A stretch of 64,000 nucleotides of DNA from Saccostrea cucullata (lineage: Eukaryota): positions 62,001 through 126,000 of the forward strand of contig NW_026927146.1 of the NCBI RefSeq assembly GCF_032062105.1, given 5' to 3'. Shown one piece after another: positions 49,567-63,200 of the stretch. Under the pieces are notes generated by a model, which was not told the origin of the DNA, made no database searches, and saw only the letters and a list, made by a program, of their open reading frames with translations. The translations under genes were made by a program, and so were the position numbers. Position 1 is the first letter of the stretch, and the number at the start of each line of letters is the position of its first letter.

Positions 49567-52500
49567 ATGAAGAGCTTTTTGATAATAGGATTATTTGTGA
49601 TATTATTGAAACCAGACATAAATGCGTTGGATAACGGATTGGCGTTAACTCCACCTATGGGATGGCTAACGTGGGAAAGATTTCGATGTAATACAGACTG
49701 TGAAAGGGATCCAGAAAACTGTATCAGGTTTCATTATTTAATGATAAAAAATGCTATTTTAATTGTTTTATATTTATAATTGAAATATTGTTCTATAGAT
49801 ATGTGTTAAAACAATACTGAGAAATATTGTACATTCTTGTGTTATAAATACATGTATTCTTGCAAAGTATTTGCCATGTTTGGTTAATTATATTTTTTTT
49901 TTTTGCAAGTGAACGTTTGATAAAAGAAATGGCGGATATAATGGCGTCGGAAGGTTACAGAGACGTTGGTTATGAGTATGTGATAATTGATGACTGCTGG
50001 CTGGCGCAACAAAGAGATCAAGATGGTCGACTGCTTCCCGATCCAAACAGATTTCCTTCAGGAATAAAGAATTTAGCAGAATATGTGAGCACAAAAAGTA
50101 TAACCATAAAAAGATTACTGAAAAAAGCATAGTGATTAAAAAATATATTTAACCGTTATTTATTGAACGGTAATCTGATTTGACGACATAAAATGACATC
50201 CAAAATAATATCCCTGAAATTAAATGCAAACTTAAAAATGATAAATACATTATATTTAACAGTAAAGAAGTCGGTTCATTTTTTGCATAAAATGGCCCTG
50301 TAGATATACCAATTGATTGACCAACACTTGATTTTAAATTTGAAGCATTAAAATAAAATAGAGACTTAGTGCTTTCATATCGTAATAAAATTTTCTCCTA
50401 AAAGTCCAGGTCTTGGAGAACTGGCTTTATGAAATTGCAGTGTTCTTGAATTTCTAGGCAAACAGGTATAATTGAGTACTTTCAGGGAAGAAAAATTCTA
50501 TGAGCGCACTCTCTGATCTAAAAAATAAAACCTGTCTTTTAATTCTCAAAAACAGTTCTATCATACGAGTTGCATATTTTAGATCAGAGGTTGCGCTCTA
50601 TATTAAATATTGAAAAATAGCTTTAAAAATGGCCGTTTTTGTACACTTTTTCAGAATATGAGGAAATTGACGCAATTTGTGACATCATAATGCATTGACT
50701 AGCCAGAAAATTACGTGATTTTTGATAGATACACAGTCACCAAAGATCTAAGGGATATTTAATGCATTGTTAACTAAAACTATGGAATTTCAGATTTTCA
50801 GAAATACACAGGGCCAAATAAGGCAAAGGTGAACCTTGTTCTTTATACAGTTTTTAATTTTCTTTTGACAGGTGCATCGAAAAGGTCTAAAATTTGGTAT
50901 ATATGAAGACTCTGGAAAGAAAACATGTGGTGGCTTTCCCGGAAGTGAATTTTACATGCAAACGGATGCCAAGACATTTGCAGATTGGGGTGTTGACTAC
51001 TTAAAATTTGACGGCTGTTACTCAAATCTTAATGATTTTCAAGCGGGTACTATTGTAGTTATATTTTAGACAAATAATTAGAAAAAATATCAATTACAAT
51101 AAAAGAAAGTCCTTTCGATCCTTGGATATGATTTTATAACAAAAGTTGTATTTTGTGTTTATTATAAAAAGGTTTGTTGAGTTTTAAAGAAGACAAAAAT
51201 CTAACATAAAGAAAATATCAATTCTTTAAGGTTACGAAGCCATGGAATTCTTTTTGAACAGAACGCGAAAGAAAATTGTTTACTCATGTGAATGGCCATT
51301 TTACAAAATAGTTGGAGGACTTTCCGTAAGTTTGGATTCATACAATGTACATAAATGTATTAAATAAATTTCTGAATTTTCGAAATTAAGCCGTAGATTT
51401 AAATATCACCTTTGTTACAAAACGTTTATATAAAATAATTCTCTCTAGGTTGACTTTGCTGCAGTGAGAAATACTTGTAACTTGTGGAGAAATTACTTCG
51501 ATATTCAGGACTCGTGGTCCAGCGTCATAGATATAATTAATTTTTGGGGAAACAACTCAGAATTATTTTCACAATATGCGGGGCCCGGAGGATGGAACGA
51601 TCCTGATATGGTAATTTCTAAGGTCCATTGATACTCTGATAAGAGAGATAACTCTTAATGATATAAATGTCTATTATTCCTTTATAGATGTACAATTTGA
51701 AGTGTTTCTTTTGGTCTAATTTTACCCTGCAAGCTATGCTAAAATTGTTTATATTTTGCTCATAAAAAATAAAATTGGAAAATTATTAATGTTCAAGTAA
51801 CATTTTATATAAATGCGCAGGGTGTTTATCAACATTAAAAACTCTAAACCCTTTCAAATACCTACTGAATTTGATTTTAAATCATGTTTTAATTATTTTC
51901 ACCCATAGATTATTTTAGGTAATTTTGGTTTGAGCTATGACGAAGAAAGAACACATCTTGCTATGTGGGCTATGATGGCAGCGCCTCTTATAATGTCAAA
52001 TGATCTAAGACACATACGTAGCCAATCAAAAGCTCTTCTTCAAAACAGAAATATTATTTCTATCAACCAAGACAAATTGGGAATTCAAGCCATTCTGTTG
52101 AGAAAGGTAGAGTAAAAGCTGTAGACTTGAAATATGTATACCAGAATATTTTCTTTTGTAAAAATTATTCAAGAGAAACACTAAACATTTCAGCGATGCA
52201 TATTGAATGTCTTTATAAAAATGTAAATATATTTTTGTTACCTATACATATTTGTTTTCATATACATGCTAAATTTTATAAAAGATTTAATGATTGGATT
52301 TAGTATCGAGAACTGCAAGATACTTATTTTTTTCCTAGGTGAATGGAATTCAAATTTGGAGCCGGAATCTTTCGCACAATAGGACTGCACTAGCATTTGT
52401 AAATGAGAACTCCGATGGAATGCCACGATACCTTAAAGTTACATTGGATGACATAAAACTACCGCCAACAAGATCATATAATTTTACAGAGGCGTTTGAA

Positions 52501-52593
52501 ATGAAAATTAATTTTATCATAGCAAAGGGACACTATCTTGAAATGTATGTAAATCCACATGGTGTTCAACTTTTTATCGCTAAACGGATGTAG
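49567..52593 (+). CDS. GLA/NAGA: GH27 alpha-galactosidase A / alpha-N-acetylgalactosaminidase family protein, 7 coding exons, 406 aa
   Basis: Exons 49567-49727, 49910-50084, 50872-51046, 51231-51325, 51449-51610, 51909-52106 and 52339-52593 are GT-AG and phase-consistent (1221 nt). Signal peptide plus [39 protein letters not shown] (nucleophile), [10 protein letters not shown] (acid/base), [10 protein letters not shown] and [10 protein letters not shown]. Confidence 0.95.
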
Positions 52594-53070
52594 ATTGTCA
52601 TAAACATACTACACAGTCATGTAAATGCACGCGCATCTAAACAGATAAAGTTTTCAGCTTATTACATGTATGTTTTTTGCCGTGTATAAGTAAAAGGCAT
52701 TATCGAAAGTATTCAATGACTGGATGGAAATTCGTTTTTTTTTTTACATTTTTTGTAAAGAATCAAGATTATTGTCTTAAGTCACGGCGCCAGGCGGTGT
52801 AAGGATCAATATTTCCATCATCCAAAATTATGGGATCATACCTAGAGAGCTAAAGTTTGCGCAAACTGATTTACATTGGAATTCTTTACCTGCATTTTAA
52901 AAGGAACAATTTTCAAAAAAAGGAATGATATTATATATATTGATGCAAAATACTACTGTACATTGTTTACTTCCTTTACTCTGTTTGCACGGAACATATT
53001 ATTCCATGCCATTCACTGTTCTTGGATTATTCTAGTGTATGAATTGATGTGCTCACTTCCATGGAATTAA

Positions 53071-53783
53071 GGTTTCGTCAAAGGTCAACATGTCCAAAAA
53101 ATTATTATTACAATAGCCCCAAAACTATGTGGGGTATGAAGTTAAAACTTTTACAGTTTATAAATATATCATTGATTAATAGATAGAATGTATCACTTGA
53201 TAAAAAAAAAATACTTGGAAAAAATATTGATTGAGAAAATTTCTTCTTAAAAATGCATATATTTTCAAAAAATACACCTAATTAATGCCGCGCTCTTAGT
53301 GAAAACCATTATTGCAGAAACAAAATATGTTTATCAATGAAGGGCAAGTTGGACTTGGATAGCCTCTGGAAAGTTGTTTTCCCTGTTTATTTTGTCCAAA
53401 TGTTAAGACTTGAAATTGAAAGTACATTGCAACTGGCGTATTTTATAGGGGTTTTGTCTTTATACATGTCATGCTTTCAATAACAGCCTTTCAGGGACCA
53501 TTCACGTCCAACTTGCCCTTCAATGATAAACATATATTATTTCTGCCATGGTGGTTTTCACAAAAAAGACATAATTAAGCAGGTGCATTTTTCTTTAATA
53601 TGCACATTCTCTGATACAATTTTTCTCAATAAATATCTTTTTAAAAATATTTATCAAGCGATACTTTCTATCTATTAATCAATGATATATTTATAAACTG
53701 TAAACATTTTGACTTTATACCACACATAGTTTTAAAGCTATTGTAAAAATGATTTTTTAGTCATGTTGACCTTTGACGAAACC
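53071..53783. mobile_element. Kolobok-like MITE with long TIRs and TTAA TSD
   Basis: Ends ggtttcgtcaaaggtcaacatg ... catgttgacctttgacgaaacc. Inverted homology extends ~290 bp each side. TTAA on both flanks. GG termini fit Kolobok better than piggyBac. Confidence 0.85.
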
Positions 53784-55044
53784 TTAAATGAAGTCTGTCC
53801 TTTTAACCTTCTTTTAATGCTTCAGATGGACATGCAACGCTAATGAAATGTTATTTTCTAATGTGTTTCCCGATCCCGCGCTTTGTTTATTCCATAAATG
53901 GACTAGTCCAATAATAATAAACAACGCAGTTCAATAATCCAAGTGGTCTTTATATGCAGAACAATCTCTTATAAAAAAAGCTGTTACTTGTAATGTTAAA
54001 AGGTGAAAACAGTGCAAAATCTTGGAAATTTCCGCCAAAAGTATATATATTTTGCTTATTTCACTCTCAATATATGATAGTGACACTTCCCCTCCCCCCT
54101 TTTAGGAGGAAAAAAACATTAATGAACAAAATTGGAAATATACAGTCATTTCTACTACACATTTCTTTGAAATTATTGTTAATACAAAACTGTTTACTGG
54201 CAAAATTGGAAATCAGTTACAATCAAAACATTCCGTGATAGACAACGAAATGGGTGGGTACAATTCGACGCGGACGTTTGGAAAACATCGGATTGAAATA
54301 GCAGATCGAAATTCGTTTTCAATCCACCTGAGCTGTTTTCAAAGCAAAGACAATGTAAAAACCAAAAATGTATATTTCAACTTAAATACATATTGTTTAA
54401 AGTTCACATTAATATGAGTTTGATAACAATTTTTATAATGTTACAATGAACCTTGAAATCAATTAAGAAAAAGGAGATATTTGACTTGCAGAACCCCCAC
54501 AGAATATCATACTCTTAACATGACAATATATTTTATTTCTAGGATTATAAGAGTCAACATTTCATATACTTAGGTTCTCACTGAAAACTGTTGGACAATT
54601 TTATTTAAAAAGTACTACTCCCCCCCCCCCCACTCTATCACTCAAAGATATACATATATTTACCAAACAGAAATGAAATATTTCTCCGTTAAATATTTAT
54701 TCATTTAAAACACTGGACAAAAAAAATTTAAACTGTATATATATTTGCTTAAAGTAATAAAGTGCCTTCTCTTTTTGAAAATGAATTTCAATTATATATT
54801 CTTTGAAATTATTGTTAATACATGTCCACAGTTATTGATGCTTATTAATTTCACTTTCACCTTATTTTTCATTCAATTTTGTGTTGCTTTATCCTTTTTA
54901 ATAATTATGTTCTTCTTTCTCTTAATATATTCAATTTGATAGATAATCATTACTATCTCCAATACAGAAGTAAAATCAGTCACGCAAACAAACAAACGCA
55001 ATCAACACAAAATACGAGCCGTGTGGACTTCAATACCATATTAT

Positions 55045-55080
55045 AACTCCAGGAAGCCGGAAGTTCGCGACGAGTGTTGG
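55045..55080 (+). promoter_or_regulatory. Candidate housekeeping-type promoter (ETS motif)
   Basis: caggaagccggaagttcgcga contains CCGGAAGT next to a TCGCGA core in a locally CpG-rich patch. Motif-only evidence. Confidence 0.3.
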
Positions 55081-58000
55081 TAAAATGAGTAGACAAACTT
55101 AGACCTGATTAAATTGAAACCGGGGTTATTCGAGATTTTTCAATTATCTGCTTTACGACTATATTTGAAAAAAAAAAATGTTTACTTGCCCTCTCTCGAC
55201 TAGCTGAAAATCGGCCGACTCTAAATATTTTACTTCAAGGAGGAACCGATATATAATTATATATTGTTTTTACCCTCCCCCCTTTGAATCTTGTCAACAT
55301 GTATGTTAAAAGTTTGTGAAAATTCAGATCATTTGATTTATACTAAACAGGAAGAGGGAAAACAAACATCGTTTTACAGACGAGAAATCAAAATTCCAAT
55401 AATCTTTGTTACATGTAAGTTTTTTTTATGTCTACACTGTAAAGAATTCTATAAAATCCTCAAAGTTTTATAATTTTTTACCATTGTGATTTTCAAAGAT
55501 GGTAGAATGAATTTGGATGTTATCAAGATGGAATTTTACCTATTTTATGCCAAAAGGCCAAAAAAAAAAAAAAAATGTATGATGTGTAAAATTTATCATT
55601 ATAAGCCATTTTCTTTCAAATCTCATTTTGTTGCTTAAATATATATATCACATTTTAAGTAAATCCGGGTCATTAAATATAGATCCAATCATCCGGGATA
55701 AACCTGGAAAATCCAAAACTATTATTAGTTTTCTGTCACTTTAAAAATACATTTTTTAAGTTATTTGTTGGATGATTGAAATTCAGCTTAAAACAAACAA
55801 CAATATTATTAAATATTTTGACAATTATACTCTAACGTATTAAGTTGATTTTTAGGATCCCAATACGTTCCTCCGCTGAACTGACATTTCTTTAGTTCAG
55901 GAAAATAAACGCTGATGCAGTTGAATGATTTTGGGAAAAAGCGGAATATAAGAAACTTTCTCCTTGTTTTAATCAAAATGTGTGATTTTGAACGGAAAAA
56001 ATACTTTCCAATAAAAAATAAATATTTCTTGTTCATGTAAGTAAACAGTGTAAGACTGTGGAATATAATCCCAAATTTTGTAAGTGTCATATTTGCTAAA
56101 AAAAAAATAAATAAATAACCGTACATGTACACTGTCAATTTAAAACTGCCTACCCAATTTACAAACCAATTTACAAACCAACTCACCAATCAAATAAAAT
56201 ACTGTACATTGTCATAAATGGGATTTGAGGCCAACATGAGTTTTGTCAGACAAAACAACCATACAATGTGCCTGAATATTTATGTAAAACTTACATTTTG
56301 ATTTCTTTTTATGTAAGACTTATCTTATTTGCAATTTGAAATTGCGCGACATTAAAAAAAAAACTACAAATGTATTTCATTTCTCTACAGAGAACTGCAT
56401 TACCATTAGAATCTGTTCTATCACTTGAAGTTACCTTGTTCAAGACCAGTAGAGGGACTATATCAAATACCTACGTAGCTATTAATAGATACGGGTAGAA
56501 AATGTCTTTGGTATGGATGTTATTATGTTTCTATCTATTGACAACGTCTAAATTCTTTCATAAACCTTGGACCAGGAAGTTATTAAAGTTAATTCGTGTT
56601 GTAAAGAAACTTGAACAGAATTAAAGATCTAAACAAATAATAAAGGATGATTGTTGCTATTGAAAAATTTTTAATTTGACACGATATGAATATAAGAAAT
56701 GCGCTCGTTTAAAATATATTTTAAAATACTGAGGATTAATCAATTATAGGAGTTTGTGTAAACAATATTTATTCAGTATATACTGAATAGATTGGGCAAC
56801 AGTCTTAAAGCCTATAAATACCCTTTTCAGGGGTTAACCAAAATGTGATTAATTCCTGGGTAACATGTAAGTCTACAAAGTTAGAGAAATTATCTGTGCT
56901 ACATGTAAAAGTAATTAAAAGTTATTTTGTAAAGTTTTCAATGTTCGTGGATATGTTAATACATAAGGGCTAACCACAATAAATTCCTCGAACATTGATT
57001 TCCCACGATCTATGATAATTCAACAAGATCCCACTCCTAAAATTCCTGGGTAAATTTATGGAATATTTTAGATTATTTTTATTTTTCTTATTCTTGCTGC
57101 TAATACTGCTAGTATCTCTAATGAGATCTACTATATCTCTTAGAAGCTGAGGATATTGCGAATGGTATATTTTTTACAGTAAAAATAAAATGCATAAAAA
57201 TGGGTTTTAACAACATATATTCCTTATCATCACATGTCAGTATGCCAAAAAAGTCTTTTAATAACTTTGTGTGGCATAGAAGTTCATAATTAAATCCCTT
57301 TTTTCTGGACATTTTGGTTATATAACTATCTCTCAGTTGTGCTTTAATTTGTACAGTGAACAAACAAAGTGTATGTTGTGAAGAAACATTCTAAAATCAC
57401 AGGCGATCTGTGGCCTTTCTAACCTTTCTTTTCATAAATAAAAATATCCCCTAAGCTACAATAATAAAATGACATATAGAAATCATTAAAGCATATGAGA
57501 TATTTTTATTTGTGAGAAGAAAAGTTAAAAATGCCAAGCGCCTGTTGCTAAGCGCAAATATAATTTCAAAAAGGCTGTTTATGTTTCGATATACTAGCTA
57601 ATTTCAAATTTTGAGTTATTTTTGGCTCTATTTATTTAGTTTCTTTCATTGAATATCTTACTGGCAGCTACTTAGTTTAAACAAAAAGCAAAAAAAAAAA
57701 AAAATGATAGAATGGCGATGTACAGTTGATATAGACAGTACAATGCAGTAGTTCTCTTGGATTGCATTTTTAAGAGGACACAGAGTGCATATAACATGAA
57801 ATGAGCTGCCTGGTGATCATAAAACATTATTAAATCATTATGATAATGTATTTTACAGCCGGTGTGCAAACTAAAGATAACTAGCTAAGAACAATGAAAT
57901 CAGTGAGTGACAATTAAGACATTAAAAATAAAAAAAAAAAAATGAATAAACAAAATTTGAAATGTTGTGACGTCCTGTTCCTTGTGTGTCTGTAAACACT

Positions 58001-58159
58001 GAACAACATCACTTGAAAACATGGGGCGTAAATCAGTGGATCGAGTTGAGCACAGAGGTAAAAGAAGTGATTGCAAAATCTGCACATCACACTCCAAATA
58101 AAACAAAGAATACAATTAAACATACTTGAACGAACAAGGTAGGTTTCAATACAAATATT

Positions 58160-58985
58160 GCCCTGAGATTTGTTTAAATATGAAACTGAGGTAATAAACA
58201 AATGAAAACTTCTTTCTGAATCATTGAAATTCCATGCAGAAAAATAATCCAAATCATTTTTCTCATATCAATTTCTAAATGCCAATTATGATGTCTTAAA
58301 CGTGTGCATTTTCCCGTATTTTCTTAAAAAGAATCAGAAGACACCAATGTTTAATGAAATTTTCATTCAAATAATTATTACATTGTCCACAGGCTATGCC
58401 CACAAAGAATTGTGAATTTGTACGAAATTTTACGCAATATATCCAAATACTAATGTGGGAGAAGGCTTTGGACCCCATTTTCTGAAGGAAAATTACCTTT
58501 GCAATGGTTCATTTTGAGGTTTTTCTGTTTAAAATAAAGAAATGCATCAAACAATGAATTCAGAATGATAATTAAGACAGTAAAATAAAAAGTGTATAAA
58601 AAATAAAATTATTATTATGTCACATTCTTTCCAGAGTCTCTCACCAGTCAATTAATCCCTAATGTTTTAGCCAATTCCAAAATTTTTGAAAACATTTAAT
58701 TTTTATTGCTCCCAACAAAGGATATTTAAACCGTACCTCAATGGTTTCAAGAAAATAACCTTAGATTTGTTTAAATATGAAACTGAGGTAAGAAACAAAT
58801 TAAAACTTCTTTCTGAAAATTGAAATTATGGAAAAATAACCAAAATTAATCATTTTTAAAGCTAATTTTGAGTCAACATGAAATTTTACAGATTTTCTTA
58901 AAAAGAAGCAAAAGACATAAATGTTTAATGAAATTTTCCTTCAGATAATTATTACATTGTCCATAGGCTTAGCCCACAAAGAATT
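58160..58985 (+). repeat. Local direct duplication with ~600-bp offset
   Basis: agatttgtttaaatatgaaactgaggtaa occurs at ~58165 and ~58764. ttttcttaaaaagaa...cccacaaagaatt occurs at ~58319 and ~58893. Confidence 0.75.
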
Positions 58986-60205
58986 TAAAATATGTGAAGT
59001 TGTGCCATGTGCTAACTATCACAATCGGACAAAGTGGAAAATCCGTTAAAAATGCAGTAAAAATAATGACCTAACACTTGTATGAAAAGGGTCAGCCAGT
59101 ATTACACTTGATGATAAATGTATTTGATTGCACTTGCTGACAAGATCATATTCTATTTGCTACGAAAGCCATTGTTTCAACCAAAATGCAAAATGACTTT
59201 AAACGGATATGAAGATATCAATGTTTCATCAACTTGTTTGCCAATAGTTTGCCTCGTTTTTAAAAACCGTTCGGATGTGGAGCATACTCTTGCATATCGA
59301 ATCAGCTAGGAGATTTAAATCCCATATGCATGTAAAAAGGATATTTTACATGTATTAAATAAGAAAGAGAAGTTAACAAGAATCATGGCTTTAGTCTACT
59401 TAAAAAGAGTTTTCAAAAATACGTTGACTATTTTAAACAAAATTAATCTTTGTCATCATAACAAACTGCTCTGATTACCCAACAATAATTCATGTACAAC
59501 AGAAATTTGAAAAGGTGGAAAAAGAATTTTTTTTTTTTACAATTACATACATTTTTAAATTTTTAATTGCAAAGTGTGACAAGAAATTAAAAACAAATTA
59601 TCTGTGGACAGAGTACTATTCTATATTAAGGATGTGGTCCATAGATCGGCGCCAAATGAAAGCTCGTTTAGTTTATTTGCCCAATACCAAAAAAAAATAA
59701 TTCTGGCTTTCAAACATAAATGTCTCCTGCAAAGTTAAAAAAAAATTCATCAAAACGGTTTCTAAAAAATCGCGTGTAAAAAATATGACAGATGCATTTT
59801 TACCACACGGGTTGGAATTTAAAAAAAAATAAAAACACAAAAGAAAATGTCATAGTAAGACCTTGTCAGTTATATACAGGTACAATGAAATTACCTCAAA
59901 TAACCAATTTAACATCAACAATATAAAGATTACATGGAATAAATGCACAGATGACGGATATTTATACCAGGAAGAAAATCTCATAGAAATGACTAAATAT
60001 TTAACAAAATTGAGAGCTAAATTGGGATTTTATTTGATTTGAGAAAAGATAAGACCACCTTGGTCAATCTTCGAGGATGTCAATGGAAAATTGTTCGAAT
60101 TAAAATCCTGCATATCAAATTACGGTTGTTTATTTGTCCATAACCATTATAAATACTTTGGCATTTTGAGATCCCTGAGTCAGACTAATTTTGATCAACA
60201 GCAAG

Positions 60206-63200
60206 ATGGATAATATGGGAGCATTTTCCATCTTCGTAACTCTGCTTCTTGTGTCTGCTGTATATACAGTGGACAAGACCAGAGAAGAGGGCGCGAGCGG
60301 ATCTGCTGTGGTGGAAGCCGTGGTTGATTTACTTAGAGAGCGATGTATCATATCTAATGATAATTTCTTTCTGAGACGAATGGCTTATGCTGCAAGTAAA
60401 GATGGCGAGAAAAGCGACACCTATCGGCAAGGGTTTCATGGTGGTATCTGGCAGGTAGCTTTTACAAAATATCTTTTTTTCTTGTTTGCGATTAAAAAAT
60501 ACCTAAACAGTTACTAAAGTAACTGATGAATTGTCCAATAACTTTGTTTTTAGATCAATAAACAGAATTTTCGTCTTACCAAAACTTCTGACAATCTACG
60601 AAATCAACGTATTCAAGAAAACTTCAGCATAGATTGGTCCCGCGCAACGTGGTCAGACCTTCGTAAACCATTATACTCAGGCATTGCAGCTGCACTGTAT
60701 GTACAATATGTTCTTGAGATAAACAGAACTACCATTCCCCCAACTGTCGATGATCAAGCACTCTTTTGGACAAAATATTTTGGTGGACATGAAAATGATT
60801 TTCTTGCAGTAAATAATCTTCGCCAAGGTACGTTAAAATTTCATTTTTATGCAATTGTTTTGTAAAACACTCTTTGATTGGCCAATGCAATGATGTTAAA
60901 GCATCAACATTCGTTCAGTGTGCCCCCACCGTGCACTCACCGTATTTCGCGGAGGTTTGCATTCATAAAATTAAGCATCATTTTTAGGTTCTAACAAGAG
61001 AACTTAATTCACATTCAAATTAAACTATATTCAATGTCATTTAAAATTAAATGAATTGCAGAGACTATAAAATAAACCAAAAGCATGATTTTCCATTTAA
61101 ATAAAAGGTACTGTTAATTTTAGTTGCCTATTTTTCATGATGGTTGCACACAAAGCTGTTTTTGCTGTGAAATATGTTAACTGGTTCTGAAATATCTCCA
61201 AATTATTTTTTATGAGTACTATCAGCAAAGTGTGACAAATACGTAAATATATTACACTTTCAGAGAAAAAATTGAGCCAATTTATATTATACTTTTGATG
61301 TTCATCTAAATATTCAAGATAACTTTTATTTGCTTAAAACAAAAAAAATATATGACTTTAAAATAATTTTCTTGCTTATTATATTTTCAATGCCGGAAAA
61401 ATACCATTTTATTAGTGCAGAAAGGTCAAATAATTGATTATGCGAAGCAATAGAAACTTTTTTTGCACAATTTTTAAGTGTCAAACAGAAAAATTCATTT
61501 TGTTTCATGCTTTAACATGTTTAATTGGATAAAAATATTGGAGGAAATTCCAGATTTTAAATTTTTGAATAAATAAAATTTCATAGTGTCATAATTTGGC
61601 GCAAAAAACACTACGATGTTTTTGATTTGAAATTTAATTAAGCTATGTATGTAGAAACTAAAAATATACTTGGCAAAAAAAGTTTAAGACTTTAAATATC
61701 AGGATCGAACGTCGTTAACGAGCGTGAAAGCTTTTTCATTGTGACGTCATAACGAGCAGCAAAAATTTTGTGACGTATTTCATTAACAAAATAAAACAAA
61801 ATAAAGCAAACAACAAACAAAATATGGTTGTGTAAAATGGAAATAATTAAATTAATGTGGTAAGACGCTTACGGTATAAACAGTTTACCGCTAAATCTGC
61901 ATTTCCTCGAAATACAAATGAGCGTTATACCCTAATTTTTGCGGTATTCACCGTTCGCTCAGTGCGCATAAACATTCATTCAGTGTGCCCTCGCCGTTCG
62001 CAGTTTATGTTTAATCTGCAACGTTGATTTAGAGAGTTTGAATTCACATTTGTTAGGCATGATGATGTCCTTTAAAATCTAATGACTTGCAAACATATAA
62101 AATGATATTAAATAAAAGTTTGAGAAATTTCATAATTTGATAACAATATTGCCGAATATTTTGAAACAAGCCTTTTATTATTCGTCTCATGTTTTGTAGT
62201 ATCCTGTGACATGAAACCAGTAGATCTCGTGTTTGTGGTAGATGAATCTACAAGCATCGGTGACACAGATTTTGATAAAATGAAGACCTTTCTCGAGAAC
62301 CTTGTGGACCAGATTACCATTTCGAAGACTGCATTTCGGGTCGGACTCGTCAAGTTCCACACATCCGCCACAACAGTGTTTGATCTAAATAGATACAGTC
62401 AGAAATCATATATTCAGGTGAGTTAGATTTTATGGATAAAAAACAGATCGGTAGGTGAATTGAATATTAGGTCAACAACACCTCCAGTGTAAATATTTGG
62501 AAACCCTGAGGAATTTGACAAATTTGCCAAAAATATCGACAGCTCTTTTTTAACACCGCATTTTGATTTAATTTTATCTATTAGACAAATGAAAACCAAG
62601 TTTTAATGCAAAATAATTTTATTTATTAGATAAAGGAAAACCCAGTTAATATCAATATTTGAAAAAAATTTTAAGAAGTTTTGGAAAAGATTGATTATTA
62701 TTGTATATTGTTTAACTTCATATTTTTCACTCATATGGAGACGTTATCGTATCTTGTGAAAAATACAAATCGGCATTCAGGGCCATTAAGCAGTACATCG
62801 TGCCAACGCCTACCGTGACACGGGACCTACGTTTTTAAGGTCATATGAAAAATACAAATGAATTGGAACAGCCGCTACCTATTTTTACGTCTTATTTTTG
62901 ACGCGGCGCTGAAAGAGAAGATGTATAAGTAAATAATTCAACTTAGAATTTGTTAAAAAGATGACGAAAGTAAAAAAACAATATATTTAAAAAAAAAAAA
63001 ATTAAAGTGACAGAAAAATAAAAAATACACAAGTTTTCGTACAGAGAGCGATTCATAGCATGGGTTATGCACAAGGAGGTACACGTATCGGAGAAGGTAT
63101 AAAGAGCGGTCGTTCTGTGTTCAGCCGATCGTCAAGGTAAGTTAGACAAAAATATACCATTCGTCTGATACAAGAAAATTAGAAGTCATCAACAGTACCA

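Noticed and set aside
58021-58101. Mini-ORF MGRKSVDRVEHRGKRSDCKICTSHSK near a TGACGT motif
   Set aside because: It is too short, has no partner exon and contains no recognisable motif.
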